Shown: positions 13,001 to 25,796 of the stretch, piece by piece
Position numbering within the stretch: the first letter of the stretch is position 1
How the letters are laid out: every line of letters begins with the position of its first letter
From: Chlorokybus atmophyticus
Taxonomy: Eukaryota > Plantae > Mesostigma and Chlorokybus algae
Assembly: GCA_009103225.1 (NCBI GenBank)
Contig: RHPI01000026.1
Span: 192,936-256,935, forward strand
Reading direction: 5' to 3'
DNA: 64,000 nucleotides
Translations under genes and position numbers: made by a program
Notes under the pieces: model-generated
Seen by the model: the letters and a program-made list of their open reading frames with translations, nothing else
What the model was told of the DNA's origin: nothing
Databases searched by the model: none

Positions 13001-13078
13001 TACAAGCCGCACGACTTTCAGAGCAGACTGAAGTTCATTGTGCAGGAGAGGTTGCGTGGTTACAAAAAAAGTCTTTAG
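10010..13078 (+). CDS. TTC39: TTC39/Iml2-family tetratricopeptide-repeat protein, multi-exon
   Basis: ATG 10010 (MAAAEVGRV...), splice 10146/10641 in frame; exons include FALHYAEVATYKALL, ELAWCALAKKRYDEAA...ESSWSKAFSAYF, YLVPWATYEYG, HDFQSRLKF; TAG 13076-13078. Confidence 0.78.
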
Positions 13079-14058
13079 GTGTACCTTAATCCATTTGTCT
13101 AATCGTGCTCAGTTGGCGTGTTGAAGGAGTGAGCGCGCATCACCATATGCCGTTGTGCTGCGCAGTGCTATATTCTCCAAGGCGCATGCATTGCTGTGGC
13201 CTCCAAGCTGCTGGCCACTGTGTTTGCCAGCTGCAATTGTGCAGGGCAATTGAAGTTGCATGATTGCTTATGTCATGCACATGAAGCTGCTCTGTGATGG
13301 ACACCTGTAAGGGACAGGTGTTGCGCGAGAGGTTGTTGTAAATATCGTAGAGCCTTGCAAATCATGAAACCATACCACCACTGATCACCATTAACACCAA
13401 CACCCATTGCTATTTCTGGCATTGTTGCTACTTAAGCAGGCATCCTCACACTTTATTGATCGATTCATCCAACCCTATCAACGAGGGGAGAAACACGCGT
13501 AAGCAAACCGCATTGAGTCGGCAATGACGCATTCCACTACTAGAAACTATATGACTAACTTCATGCACTGTAATTTTATTAACGCTTTGGCGAAGCCGCT
13601 TATGAGCAATCCGCGCCAACTTTGTTTGTGGTTAGTTTCCGATCAAAGCGTTTGTTTATTTGCAATTCAGCGCAACACCTCGGTTGCGCTGAATTGCAAA
13701 TAAACAAATTGCAAGTTTGCACAGTCGATACTGCGCAATGCCTTGAAAGGAGCTGATTGGCAATTGACAGGGTCGATTGAATCCGGCAATAACCAAACGG
13801 CTGGCAGCATGCTGCAAAACACGAGCATGAGAAATATGACAGCTTGTTCCCTGTTCAAACGCGATTGTGTATGATCTACATATTGCAGTGCAATAGTGAT
13901 CTGAAGCAATGAGCCATGATATCTACCTGCATGCTCATCAAGCACGCTACCGCCTGCCAACAATTGAGCTGCTTGCTTAGACACTGCCTCGCCGCTCAGA
14001 AAAAGTACCTGAGCAGTAGATTTGCAGCCATGGCGAGCGGTTGCCAATAACCCATGCC

Positions 14059-17000
14059 TTACGCTACAGCATAAGCAGGGGTTGGGCGCTGCGTTGACGC
14101 ATACTTCCTTGTTATATACCTGGACCAAGCACCAAGCCATGCCAACATCAGCATCATAGCATGGAATCACAGAAAGGACACAACTAGGACACAACTATGC
14201 ATGACAAAAGACCCTACCGGAAGAAATCGCGCCACAGCAGCTCAAACACAAGCCAGTTCAGCCCTCCTCTGTTGCTGTCTTCAGCAGAGGATGCGACTGC
14301 GCCGCCGGCTGCCTTCAGGTCTTCGTACATCCTTCGGGGAGAGAGGCAGCCCATGGCCAGCCATGGCGATATCTTGCACGAGAAGTTAGCGCCATACTGC
14401 TTGTCAGCGGCCAAGCTGTCCTTGGCGCCACGCATGGCACTGACAGCATCAGCCACAAAAGTGCGAAGGCGTTCTAGAGCCTCTTTCTCCCCTCCAATCA
14501 GCGAAGGGGCTCCTGCGGTGTCCTGGTACAGCATGCTGCCAAGCGTGAGTTTGCGTTGCTGCATACGATAAGGCGCAGTCATCGCTGATGGTTAAAGCAC
14601 CAAATTCAGTCACGCATCCCGTCATGTGGACAAGACTCACAAGCGGGAACTGTTACTTTATCATCACTGTTTCTTGTTGGTGTGTGCATGCCTACATGAC
14701 ACTTCGCCACCAGCAAAGTACCTGACCAACGGATGTTGAAGACAGGCCAAGCTGGTCCAATGTAGGAATGTCTCCCAACTCAAGAGATCCTTGGGCAGGA
14801 AGCCGTTTCAACTCGGCGACTGGAACTGTCTTCCTGATGGCAACGTTTTGCACCTGCTCGCGGAAGGCGCCATAGTTCGATGGCATGTCATTCAGCTTGA
14901 ACGGTAGATCATCCAAATGGTAGAGCGTGCTGCCCCAAGAAGCCTTGAACTCCACGCCAATCTTCTTGAGGACGGCTTGCACCTGATGTTGATTGGCAGT
15001 TACAAGCGTGCAGAGGTAGACCATGCCAATGACTGCCAAACCGCGGGGTGAACTTGCAACAATTACCTGTTCCTCTGCTTGCACATCCTCACGTGTGACT
15101 TCCTGGTGAGTGTACACAGCCTCAGCTCCAACCTGGCAAGGAAACAATTCAAACAAAAAGAACTCCAAGCGAATTGGAATTGAAATTTGCATAAACTGTC
15201 AGGGACGCTGCCCACGATGAACAATGCTGCCATGAACCATCACATAAACAATATTTGCTCGTGTAAGTGACATTACAAGAGACAAAGAAGCCAATGGCCC
15301 CTCACAACTACAATACTGACGCTGCAATGTGTACTGTAGCGTAAAGTTGTGTGCACATGATAGCAAACTACAACGTGTGACTTTGCAAATTTGACCCGCA
15401 TCTGACCTGGCGCCTTGATGCACCACAGCCATGATGCGCGACTAACTGTTGCTGAAAATGACTTACTTGCTTGGCAATGTCTGCCAACACCTCTTCAGGC
15501 TTGCCAATACGCACGACAAGGTCGGTTCCATGCTGCTGCAGGCTTGCGCGCAAGTCTGAGACACACTCGCGCAAAAACTTGGCTCGATACGGGCCGGTCT
15601 TGTCAAAACCGGAGGCAGACTTGCCATAGTCCCGTGGGTCGAATATATACAAAGGTACTACAGAAGAGGCCTCCTCATTCGCATGCAGAAAGGCCTCATT
15701 GTCATGGACGCGCAGGTCGTTGCGGAACCACGAGATGACAGCACCACGCATGCCTCCAGCACCGGGAGGACGCCTGCTCTTGCGGCCACTGCACAGAGCA
15801 ATAGCACCAGCATGCTTGCTTAGAATGCGTGCGGCTTGACATGGGCAGGCTAGTAACTAGGTGTTTGGGTGGTTGATGCAGCTAAGGTGTGATAGCATAC
15901 GAAACAATACTTTGGCTTTTGCTGATGACTCACGCAGGAGTGTGTTTAGGGTTACGACTCATAGCATGTCACTTACCTGTCCTTGTCAAGAGATAGGTCG
16001 TTGAACAGAGAGATGTTGGCTTGCTTCAACTCGAAGCTTGGTTTGTCCATTGTCAGCGCTGACACGGTGGCAAACTTCACAGATAACGACGACATGTTGG
16101 CCACTGCTGAGTTACCAGCAGACTTGCTCGGCATGCTGGGTGCTTGCTTCTTTACAATCTGCTGCGCAATGGATGCCTTCAACTTGCTCGCTGGTGCACG
16201 GATAGCGCTTGGCGCACCCAAAGACCGTGATGCCAGCGACATGGACGCAAATGGCAGCGCAGACGCAATGGCACAGAACTGCGGCTGAACTGCCAAGGCG
16301 GAAACCTCTTGTGCGCACGAAGTTGGAGCACTAACAACGGGTGCCAACTGAATGTTAGCAGTGTGCTTGGGAGCGGCAACTTGTGCAGCACAAAGCTGAG
16401 CGCTCTGCATGCTGCGCATGTTTGCGTCCATGACCATGTTAAACTGGGAGAAAGCGGCAGAAGCTGGGCGCTGAGCTCGCAGATCAACGCGTTTCGTGAC
16501 CATGAATCTGGTGTTGTCCGCACCCTGCGCAGTGAGGGCTTCATGGAGCTGAGCGGCATCCTCCGCGACACTCAACATGGCTGGAGGCTGCTTCCGCAGA
16601 CAAGTGGAGCAAGCTGAAAAGATGCGCAACTGCAACAACAAGCAAGTGAGTAGGACTGCGACTGTGTTACACAACTCCAGCATTTAGAAAGGTTTACGAA
16701 CTTAGTACTCAATACTTGTGTAGCAAGTACACATCGTGCACTTGCATACAACCGGTCACTCATGCATTTGCCTCACCTGGAGCGCAGACAGCTGCTCAGC
16801 AGCCTCCTCCTGTGTCATGCTATCAGCGTCAACAACGAGCACTGCCTTCTGCCAGACCCGCTCTCCAAATGCACGGCTGATGCCGTTGATCACATTCTCG
16901 TTGCTATCAGCAAGGGAGCATGCAATGACGACCGCATCAACAGCTGTCTTTCGCCTGCACAGATCGTTGGCAACAGCAGCGACCTCCGCAGCAGTTGTGA

Positions 17001-17451
17001 GCTGGCCAGCCGCCAGAACAGTCGCGCCATCTTCCGCTGTGTGCAGCTGCAATTGCCCCTGGCTGACACTCTGCAACAAAAACAGATGACTTTGGCAGGT
17101 GTGTGAGTGTGTTTGCAATCAAAGCAGCGGCGGCCAGCATCCAATGCACATCATGTCAACAACATGCACAACATGTCAACAACAAACAGAGCACACTCTC
17201 ATCTGAGCATGTGCTTCCGAAATGGTGTGCTCAATATCAAAATCACAACCTCATCGACTTGCGTAAACACCGTGCAGGCAAAGGCCAGAGTGCTGCATAG
17301 ATGAAGCGCAAGCTGACTCCATCAACTACTCCGCTGTGTGACGCACCTGCGCAGGCTGCTTGCCGAGGAGAGCGCGCACGGCGCCGGTTGTGTCCGCGCA
17401 CCCAGCGCCGAGCACGAGGGCGCTGCTGAGCTGGGCCTCCCGCAGCGCCAT
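14059..17451 (-). CDS. PHR2: PHR2-type photolyase/cryptochrome-family protein with an N-terminal degenerate TOC34/AIG1-like G-domain (fusion model)
   Basis: VISWFRNDLRVHDNEA...FDPRDYGKSASGFDKTGPYRAKFL, WGSTLYHLDDLPF, GANFSCKISPWLAMGCLSPR, LNWLVFELLWRDFFRYITRKY then an early stop (TAA 14059-14061), the truncated-C-terminus PHR2 pattern. Upstream exons 17451-17347, 17070-16777 and 16629-15977 join in frame to the exon starting at 15788. Confidence 0.85.
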
Positions 17452-19343
17452 GACGAGCGACACCGACGCCAATGCCAACGACAGCACCGCCGCAGCACAC
17501 CAGCACAGCCAACAGCAGGAAACCATGCGGATGCTTTTCTGTGACGCAAACAGCGTTGATTACAGCTGCATACTTCTGAACACGTTCAATTACAGCTCAA
17601 GACACACCAGATAACGATGATATCTTCCTGCACTCTCTTTTTTGTAAGGATATCTGCTTTCTAGATACATACTAGCCGTCTTGTTTCACACGGGGTGCCG
17701 GCGTGGACAGCATGGCGGAGGTGGGAGGCGGCGGCGGTGCCGGCGATGGTGATGGGGAAGCTGGGAAGGCGCAGAGGGAACCCGGTTCCACGGTTAGGAA
17801 GCTGGTGCAGCACCTGGACGCGTTCCGGGGCGCCAGCGTGGAGGAGCACAAGTCCTGATTGAAAAACACCCTGAGCAAGGTGCATGCCCTTCGCGGAGTT
17901 GCGCACAACCTGTTGCTTCACACACGCCATGCATGAAAACTTACAGCTACGCGGCAAGTACACAAACATTAATTATCGCAAGCATGCCCAGAGATCAGCA
18001 TGTGTACGTTTGGGTGCACCTTTGTTTTGTTGATTGCCTATCAATACATCATTCCATGTTATCTTGGTTGCTGTATTGGTACTCATGTTCTGCACTAAAC
18101 CTTTGGGCGTTTGTTGTGATTGGTACAGCTGTTCAACCTTGGCAAGGCAAAGCCAGTAAAGAAGAAGGGGGACGTTGTGCCGCACGTCCACAGTGTGCTC
18201 AGGATCAGGGCGCAGCGCGGTTTGCAACAAGTAAGCAGACAAGCAACTTTACATTTTGACATCAACATGTAGCTTGTCGTCTTATTCTTTCTTCTGTAGT
18301 CTCGCATCTTGTCTATCGTCCCTCTCTGCTGTCGTGTCACAACATGCATGACAACTGCTGCCAAAGGACAGGCTCTGTCAGTACACACCATACACCTGTG
18401 CTGCCCAACATGTACGGCAGGTTGTTACTCACACTGCTGCTGTTGTACTCAGGCTAAGCATTCATGACATCTGCTTCCTATTCGCGGTTAGAATTCGTGA
18501 CGGACATTCGCCACAACCACTGATTGTGGAGGCCATGACCTGATACTCGGCTATCTGTGGATAGGAACCGCTCGCTAGATTGGACTCTCACTTAATGTAT
18601 TGACAGACTTCTCACGGCGTTGTTGAGACTGAGTCTTGTTCTGAGTAGTAGCACATAACTCGCGTGCAGGGTTGCTGCTCGACGCTGTGTCTGGTGCAAG
18701 TCGGCAATGCTTAGCGTCATGGAAGAGGGCTGCTTGACTACCAAATCACATAATGTACCACTCTGGCAGCCTGCGCAGTTGTGTGAAGCTCTGCTCCTTA
18801 GTGCGTGCATGTATGGCTGCATGCTGTGTACAGTGTCTCAGCACGTGCATAAACGCAATTTGTTCGCGGTTTTGTTGCTCATCAGCGCACTCTTTGAGTG
18901 TCAAGTCGTCATGGCCCAAGAGGGTTTCCAATGTGCGCACAAGGACTGCACAAACTGAAAGAGCTTCAGCCTTCTCGTAAGATGCAGGATACCACTAGCA
19001 TAAAAGGTACAAACATGGATGATGACACAATCAACACCTGCCAAACTAACATGCGACTGAACAGCAATGAGATGCATGAAAACACCTGCTGATACCCAGG
19101 CCGAATGTCACAGTGGGCATGCAGAGCGTGTCTTTGCTTCCGTTCCTTCTGTGCAAGTTGGCATATTTTCCATCCTCAGCTTCTTTGCAGCTTCACAACT
19201 GCCAGACCCAATGCTGTATGCTTTGTACAGCACTGCGCTGAAACAATTAATTGCTGACACTATCTTTGCAGCAGACTAAATCAAATAGCTGGTAGTGGCG
19301 TGTGTGGTATGGCTAAAGATATACGCACTCGAGGTTTGCAACC

Positions 19344-20402
19344 TCATGACTCTTCTTTGGTAACACCAGTGACCCGCGGTTTGCCCATGGAGAAGTTGAG
19401 CACGCGGGCGTTGAGGTTGTACCCTATTTCATTGGCCATGAGCAACTGGCGGATGAAATGCTCAATGTCCGAGCTTATCAAGCGCAGGGTGTAGTCGGTC
19501 ATGGGCGCACCAGCATACTGCTGCACGAGCTCCTCATATCGGTCGTACACTTTGCGCAGAGTGACGTCGTCCCACGTGAACTCGTTGTCAGGGTCCACAT
19601 CAATGGTGACCTTGTCAAGCACGCTCTGGTCTAGCGCGTTGTCAATCACCTCACCTATGTAAATGCGCACGTGGCGTGTGGTGGCTGAGAGCCACTGGCC
19701 TCCTTGCCCAGGACCTTCGCGTGCGAGCCCTGCACCTCGTCCTCTCTTGTTGGGGTCTGTTGGCTCCACAGTTGATGATGATGATGCGGAACAAACTGGC
19801 ACTCTTGTCCTCCTTGGACGAACAGCCTGCCAGGAGGACCAAAGCAGTATGTTGCAACTCCTGTTGTTATGTATTGGACGACAGTACATACACAGTCAAC
19901 CCAGGCGCATTATCGTTTTGCATTTGTAATTCCTACCTATTGCGACTACTACCAACGCGTACAGAAGACTACTGTAAATCACGCCTGCAATCAAACCACA
20001 AAGGAAGCCCTGCATGGCGGGAATATGGCGCTATGGGGTTTTCACGTGCTCTTCAGACGCTTGCAATCGCGCAAACATTACTGTGCTGCCAATTGCGATG
20101 ATTCCAAAGCATGAAGAGCAAGGGAAAAACCGTTTTTGACCTCTACCACTGTATGGATATGGTGCCGGCGGCAAGAAAGTGAGAATGTGCTTTTGACCAC
20201 AAACCTCAGTCGTGCTCAATGCAGCTGCAAGCTACTCAACTACAAGCATTGCAGATGCTGCTCATCAACTTACCAGGCGGCACGACGACAATGGTGACGT
20301 CGAGGCCGCTGGGCGGCGCAGTGAAGTCGGGAACAGTGCAACGCAGGAGCTTGCCGCCACCGCAGGGAGCGGCACGGCCGTCGCCATTGCTGCCGCCTCC
20401 AT
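19344..20402 (-). CDS. ndhM: Plastid NDH complex subunit M with chloroplast transit peptide
   Basis: Exon 1 20402-20274 (MEAAAMATAVPLPAVAASS..., Ser/Ala/Arg-rich) joins in phase 0 to 19825-19344: GGQWLSATTRHVRIY...DPDNEFTWDD...GAPMTDYTLRLISSDIEHFIR...YNLNARVLNFSMGKPRV. Confidence 0.93.
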
Positions 20403-20553
20403 GCCGAGCAAGCAGGCTCAACGGCAAGCACAACCGACAGAGAAAGAGCCTAAGACTGCCTTCGTTGTCAAACAATAGCAAGCGCCCCTCTCCACCGTCC
20501 TTAAGGCCGCCGCCGCCGCTACCGCCGCCCTTGACGCCCCCTGCCTGATGCCA

Positions 20554-20561
20554 AAACCCTA
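20554..20561 (+). promoter_or_regulatory. Telo-box AAACCCTA upstream of ndhM
   Basis: Exact AAACCCTA about 150 bp upstream of the ndhM ATG. Confidence 0.5.
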
Positions 20562-21106
20562 GAGAACGTTTTTCTGGTTGTCTTTCATTCGGGCTCAAGT
20601 GCAACAGGCTGCTTCGATAACTCGGGTGATATAAGTTATCACTGATAACTTCAGAGACTTTCTGATGCGGACACGTGTAAAGCGCATTGAATTGGTGGAT
20701 GTCCGCGTTTCCGTTGGTATCATAGACAAATGCTGCCAGCTGGCAGGCTGCAAGTGGACAATTCAGGCGACAGCTTGTTGTTTGGTGGGCTTGGCGCTGT
20801 GGGCGCCGTTGTTGTCTGTGGGGGCGGCAGCGAAAGATAGCTAGGCCAACCCTGTACTGGGTCATTCGCCGGAGTGTGTGAAGTTGTTCCAAGCTGAACT
20901 GTGCTGAGAGCTTGGTCTGTCGCTGAGACTTAGGCCACATGCAGGTTGTTGGTCATGTGAGCGGACAGGTTGCTGCTAGCTACACCTGCGCAAGTTGTCG
21001 TTAACGCTGTACAGTATGGGCAGTGCTGTGCGGGGAGCAGTCTGTGTGGCAGCGTCGGCTGAAGGGTTCTTCTAAACGTACTTGCTGCTTGTGTTGTTTT
21101 GGCCCG

Positions 21107-23169
21107 ATGTGGGCGGATATCTTGGCTCGCTCCCCCAAGCGCTGGCTGGACGCCTTCAAGCTGGGCGGTCAGGCTAGCGGAGTGGCATGGGACCGCTGGC
21201 ACTACCTGTTTGACAAGGCGTACGGACGGGTGGTGCACCATCGCACGTTTGCTGCACCGTTCTTTGCTAATGGGTGCGTTTCCTGTAACTGGAAAGTGGA
21301 GCAAGTCGTTTGCTTATGTGGTGTGCAGTCAACTTCAAGGCAAGGCCAGTCACAAAGCACCCGACTAGTAAACATGGCAGAACGCGAATACTGGTGCTGC
21401 GTTACAGGCCATGTCGAGCACTGACTTGTCAGATAGTGCCTCTGCTTTGTGACTTACATTTGCTATACGCACTGGAACAGTTGGGGTGGTGAGCGACTTG
21501 TGGAACTAGAAGAAATCGCCCAGCTGATGTACACTCAGGTTATTGATGCAGCGAGCCAATGTACAGCATACTGCTATCCCACTGGTGTGTTGCAATCAGT
21601 ATGCAGTAACCAGTAGGTATTGCTGTGCAGGCAGTCACGAAAGCAACGCCATGGCCTCCTGCTCAGCTGAGCATCCCACTTGAGACCATAGGACTCTCTG
21701 ACCGCTGCATGTAAGTCATATGGTGCTGTTGTAAGTTTCGCACCTATGTTGGTTTGCAATCTGCGCACGTGTAACATTGAGAGTCAACAGTGTGCAGGAT
21801 GCCAAGTTTCCAGCACCTTGCGATGCCAAGCTGCTTGCGGCACTGCCACCAGAGTCCCGTACCGCTCGCATAAGAGTGATCAGAGCACTAGACACAACTC
21901 CAGATGCTCCGTGTGTGCTTCACCTTGCAGGTGAGACTTGTGGTGTGCTGAGCTTGTTAAACTCATCTATCCATCACCAATTCCTGTAAGTAGTTTACCT
22001 ACAAATGCATGGCTGATTGCACCAGGGACTGGAGACCACGGCTTCTCCAGGCGATCCAAGCTTGGAGCTCGCTTGGTGCGCCGGGGCATCTCTTCCATAA
22101 TCCTAGAGAGGTGCGGTGAGTTTGGTCGTCAGCACAGCACAGCAAGAAGAAAGCATCCACCACCCTTGAACCCAATGGTACCAACTGTGTATGACTCCTG
22201 TTGCAGTCCATTCTACGGTAGCCGACGACCGCCAGACCAGCCTGGCTGCAAACTGCGTCACGTTGCAGACTTGCTTGCACTGGGGCGGGCAACAATCGAG
22301 GAGTCCCGTTGTTTGCTGAACTGGATGAGCACTGAGGGAGGCTTCAGGAAGCTTTGCATTGCTGGCCTGTCCATGGGTAAGGATATGGAGTGCAAGCATA
22401 AACCTGTATCTTTGCCGAAGACGTATGCAGCAAGTCAGTATGCCCACATCAATTTACCCATGTAGCTGTTTAGCACTACTGGTATGAGATACGTGCCGCA
22501 GGTTGACCTTTGAGCTGTCATTGGAGAAAGGCCGTGTGCTAAACTTGGTGTCAGTACGCGCGTGTAGTTTGCTATACCTGTTTATGGTGCAGGTGGGGTG
22601 CATGCAGCTATGGTCGCTGCGCTTCACGAGGTTCACGTGGCCGTTGTCCCATTGCTGGCTGCACATTCTGCTGCGCCCGTCTTCTGCGAGGGTGTCCTGA
22701 GCAACGCCACAGCTTGGCAGGTATGTACATACGCTCTTGGCAACCAGCAGTACAACTGTCATGTTATTATGCAACCCCGTGAGAGACTCGCTCTTTTTGC
22801 ACTATGTCCAGGCACTGAGTGATACACCAGAAGGCATCGAAGCTGCACGAGAGCGGCTACGCAGGGTGCTCTCTATTACTGACATCACAAAGCTACCAGG
22901 GCCATGCCGACCAGATGCAGTCGTGTTTGTTGCAGCCACGGTAAGTGCTTGTAAACAATCTACTCTCGTCACACGTTGTCCCGGACCATGCTTACCTCCA
23001 GCACTGTATGCAGAACGATGCGTACATCCCAAGGCACAGCGTAATGGCGCTGCAGCAGGCATGGCCAGGCTCAGAGATTCGTTGGGTCACTGGCGGGCAC
23101 GTCTCCTCCTTCATACTGCACAATAACGCTTTCGAGAAGGCCATTGTGGACGCATTAGACCGGTTGTAG
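21107..23169 (+). CDS. ABHD18: ABHD18/DUF2048-family alpha/beta hydrolase, multi-exon
   Basis: PFFANG/WG, CVLHLAGTGDHGFSRR, ILESPFYGSRRP, GLSMGGVHAAMVA nucleophile motif, NDAYIP, GGHVSSF, AIVDALDRL-TAG; the start codon is tentative. Confidence 0.88.
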
Positions 23170-24973
23170 TTGCACGTTCATAGTGCGCATGCAGGCAACG
23201 ACATTGCCCAATCCTGCAGCTGCTCAAGCCTGTCATGATATTAGCAGTTAGTCGCTAGACTTACGTCATCATTAGGCACGCACTGCTCGTGTTAGATCTT
23301 CTAGAAATGTTGGGGAGCATTCTGCCAAGGCAGATTGCACAAGTGGTGCCCAACACATGCACCAGTTGTGCATTCTGGCAAGCAAACCAGTACTGCTACC
23401 CTAATTTCAGTAGGGAACTAACTTCAAAAACCTTAGGCATAGTCAGTTGCCAAGTATTGTGAAGGCGGTCTGCACCATGCGTGATGAGTGTTGTGCATGC
23501 GCCATGTGGGCTGGTTGTTTTGCATGAAAGGTGAGTACTGATGGTTGTTGCGCAAAACCTTGTTGAATGACATCCGTAACTTATAGACCATACGATATGA
23601 TGGATTGCGCTTCACAAAATGACATGATTGCCAGCTCATATCACAGCCAGGTTATCTATTAACATAATTAGCTGGATCTTCTGATATATTCTGAGATGGG
23701 TATACCGAGTTGTCAAGACACGGTAGAGGCACAGTTGGCATTGTCAGCAGTCAGCTGCCGCTGCTGCACTACTCTCCTCTCTCTTCCCCTGTGGTTGCCC
23801 TCCGCTGCAAATGCCAGCGGCACGCCTTCCCAACCTGCTTGCTACTGCCTGCATTTGCACAAAGCAAACCAGCCCCTTGGCTGAGTTGTTGGAGTGAAGC
23901 CTTGCTACTGTGCTGCCTCAGTTTACTTGCATGTTGCTTGTCGTGCTTGCCTCATACAATACACCCTATGTGCGCAACAGCATCAATATGATCAGATGCA
24001 AACACTCGACCACAATCAGCTTGATGCTGTGGTGTGGAAGGGGATACAAGCTAATAGCACGGAGGGCGAGTTATAACTGTGGACAATAACGACCCGCACA
24101 GCAGCCATGAGATGCAAATGGCATACGTCTCTTCTGCATATAGTAACATATACCAGATGCCACAGCGGCCATCTGGTGACGGCCAATCAGCAGCAAGCGG
24201 TTGCTGTGCGACATCACCATTCATCTCTCTTCGTCAATGTTGGACAGCTTAGTCGCCCCCGCACCGGAAACTACTTCTCAAGCAACCCAGTCTAATATAT
24301 CTGCACTGCCCGGCAAGCCCGAGAGGGAGCGTCTGTGCAGATACCCCTTCCCTGGCTGAACACCCTCCAACAACGCAGCTTGGGCTGCGCGAGCCGGCGA
24401 CCCCGCAGCCGGCTGTAGAGGGGTATTGTCATTGTAAGGCGCAGCCCCTGCCGCAAATTACGCACCCGCAGCCGCAGCGGAGCCCTGCGTGCCTGCTGCT
24501 GAGGGTGGGCTGAAGGGTGGGTGCATACCCGGTGTTGAACTTCAAGCAATCATCTCCAAGATTTGGCGGCCACTGAGCCTCGCCCAACATTTCTGGTTGG
24601 CGGGGCAGCGGCGGTGACGGCAGGGGCAGTGCGGCAGCCCAAAGCAGTTTATTTAGTGAGGTAGCTACGTTTCTCAAAGATCCCGCACCATGCCGCAAAG
24701 ATGCGAGTTCAGTAATAAGTCTTGTGCACCTGCGACGCGCACAAAGCCTTTATGTTGACCAATATTGAGAGTGCCAGTTGAGAGTGCAATTGCGGTGCAC
24801 GAGGCCATGGATCAGACAAGATGGATGCTGTAATCAACGAGTTGCTGTGCTACGAATGCGAATTCTTGCAACCACCCAGCCAGCGCAGCCAATATTACTA
24901 TGTAGCTGGCATCTATAGGCTGAGCGAGCTCTGCTCAATCCCTAACGCCTTGCCAGCTAGATACTACGACAGC

Positions 24974-25012
24974 AACAACAACAACAACAACACGACGACG
25001 ACGACGACGACG
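24974..25012. repeat. Compound (AAC)n(GAC)n microsatellite
   Basis: caacaacaacaacaacaacacgacgacgacgacgacgacg is directly visible. Confidence 0.85.
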
Positions 25013-25796
25013 GCGACTGTAAGGACACTTGCGAGGGCATGCTTGCCACAGCTCAGGCAGCTGCCCGGGGTTATGCCCGTGTGAATGCGCTGGAAGGCGA
25101 AAGCCGAATGCTGCATCCCGCAACAACCTCAGACCTTTTACTTGCACATCATATCCATGGCCCCAAACACGGACGCATGAGGAGGAACAAGCACAATAAC
25201 CAGCAATTCTTCTCACCTTCTTGTTCGTCTTGAGCAAGCAACTTCGGCCGGTGTGCCTTTCTGAAAGTGGCACATGCAGCCAAAATCCAAAGCGTTGCAC
25301 AGTAAAGAAACACACCGTCCATTGTCGTCCCAGTTGCACATGCAAACCATTGCCAACGTCTCAGACACTGCAGTGCAATAATTTCCTCTCTGATAACAAG
25401 CAACATGCAATATCAACAGTGCAACTGTGCATACCTGCCGCTAGAAAACCATGTGTGCAGGCCCTTACAGTATGTGAGCACCGTGAACTTCGTCACAGAC
25501 ACCATTTGCGGTCCGGGAAATCAACACCATCATTACGCCCTTCGTTCCCTGCCTGTTCATCATAAATGCACAGTGAATAAATTTGAAGCCCCATCATCAA
25601 ATGCTAAGACGCCAACGACGGATGCAACCGCGCAAGTGTGTTGTCACAAGCGCTTTAGCAGCAAGCATATTACTCAGAAAGACTGAAGTACTCACTAGTC
25701 ACATAACTAACCTTGACATGTAACCGCCCTCCAACACGCCGCATCCTGCAGCACACTCCACTGTGCAAAGTCCACATACTGTTCCACCCAACAATA

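Noticed and set aside
13667-14194. 175-aa minus-strand ORF
   Set aside because: It overlaps the last PHR2 intron, the last exon in another frame and the 3' UTR; no domain recognised.
17660-18960. Possible small minus-strand gene between ndhM and PHR2
   Set aside because: Exon-like pieces exist, but I could not build a consistent spliced ORF or recognise a family.
24290-25570. GC-rich ORFs and candidate micro-exons
   Set aside because: No coherent model or homology; may be UTR or promoter sequence.
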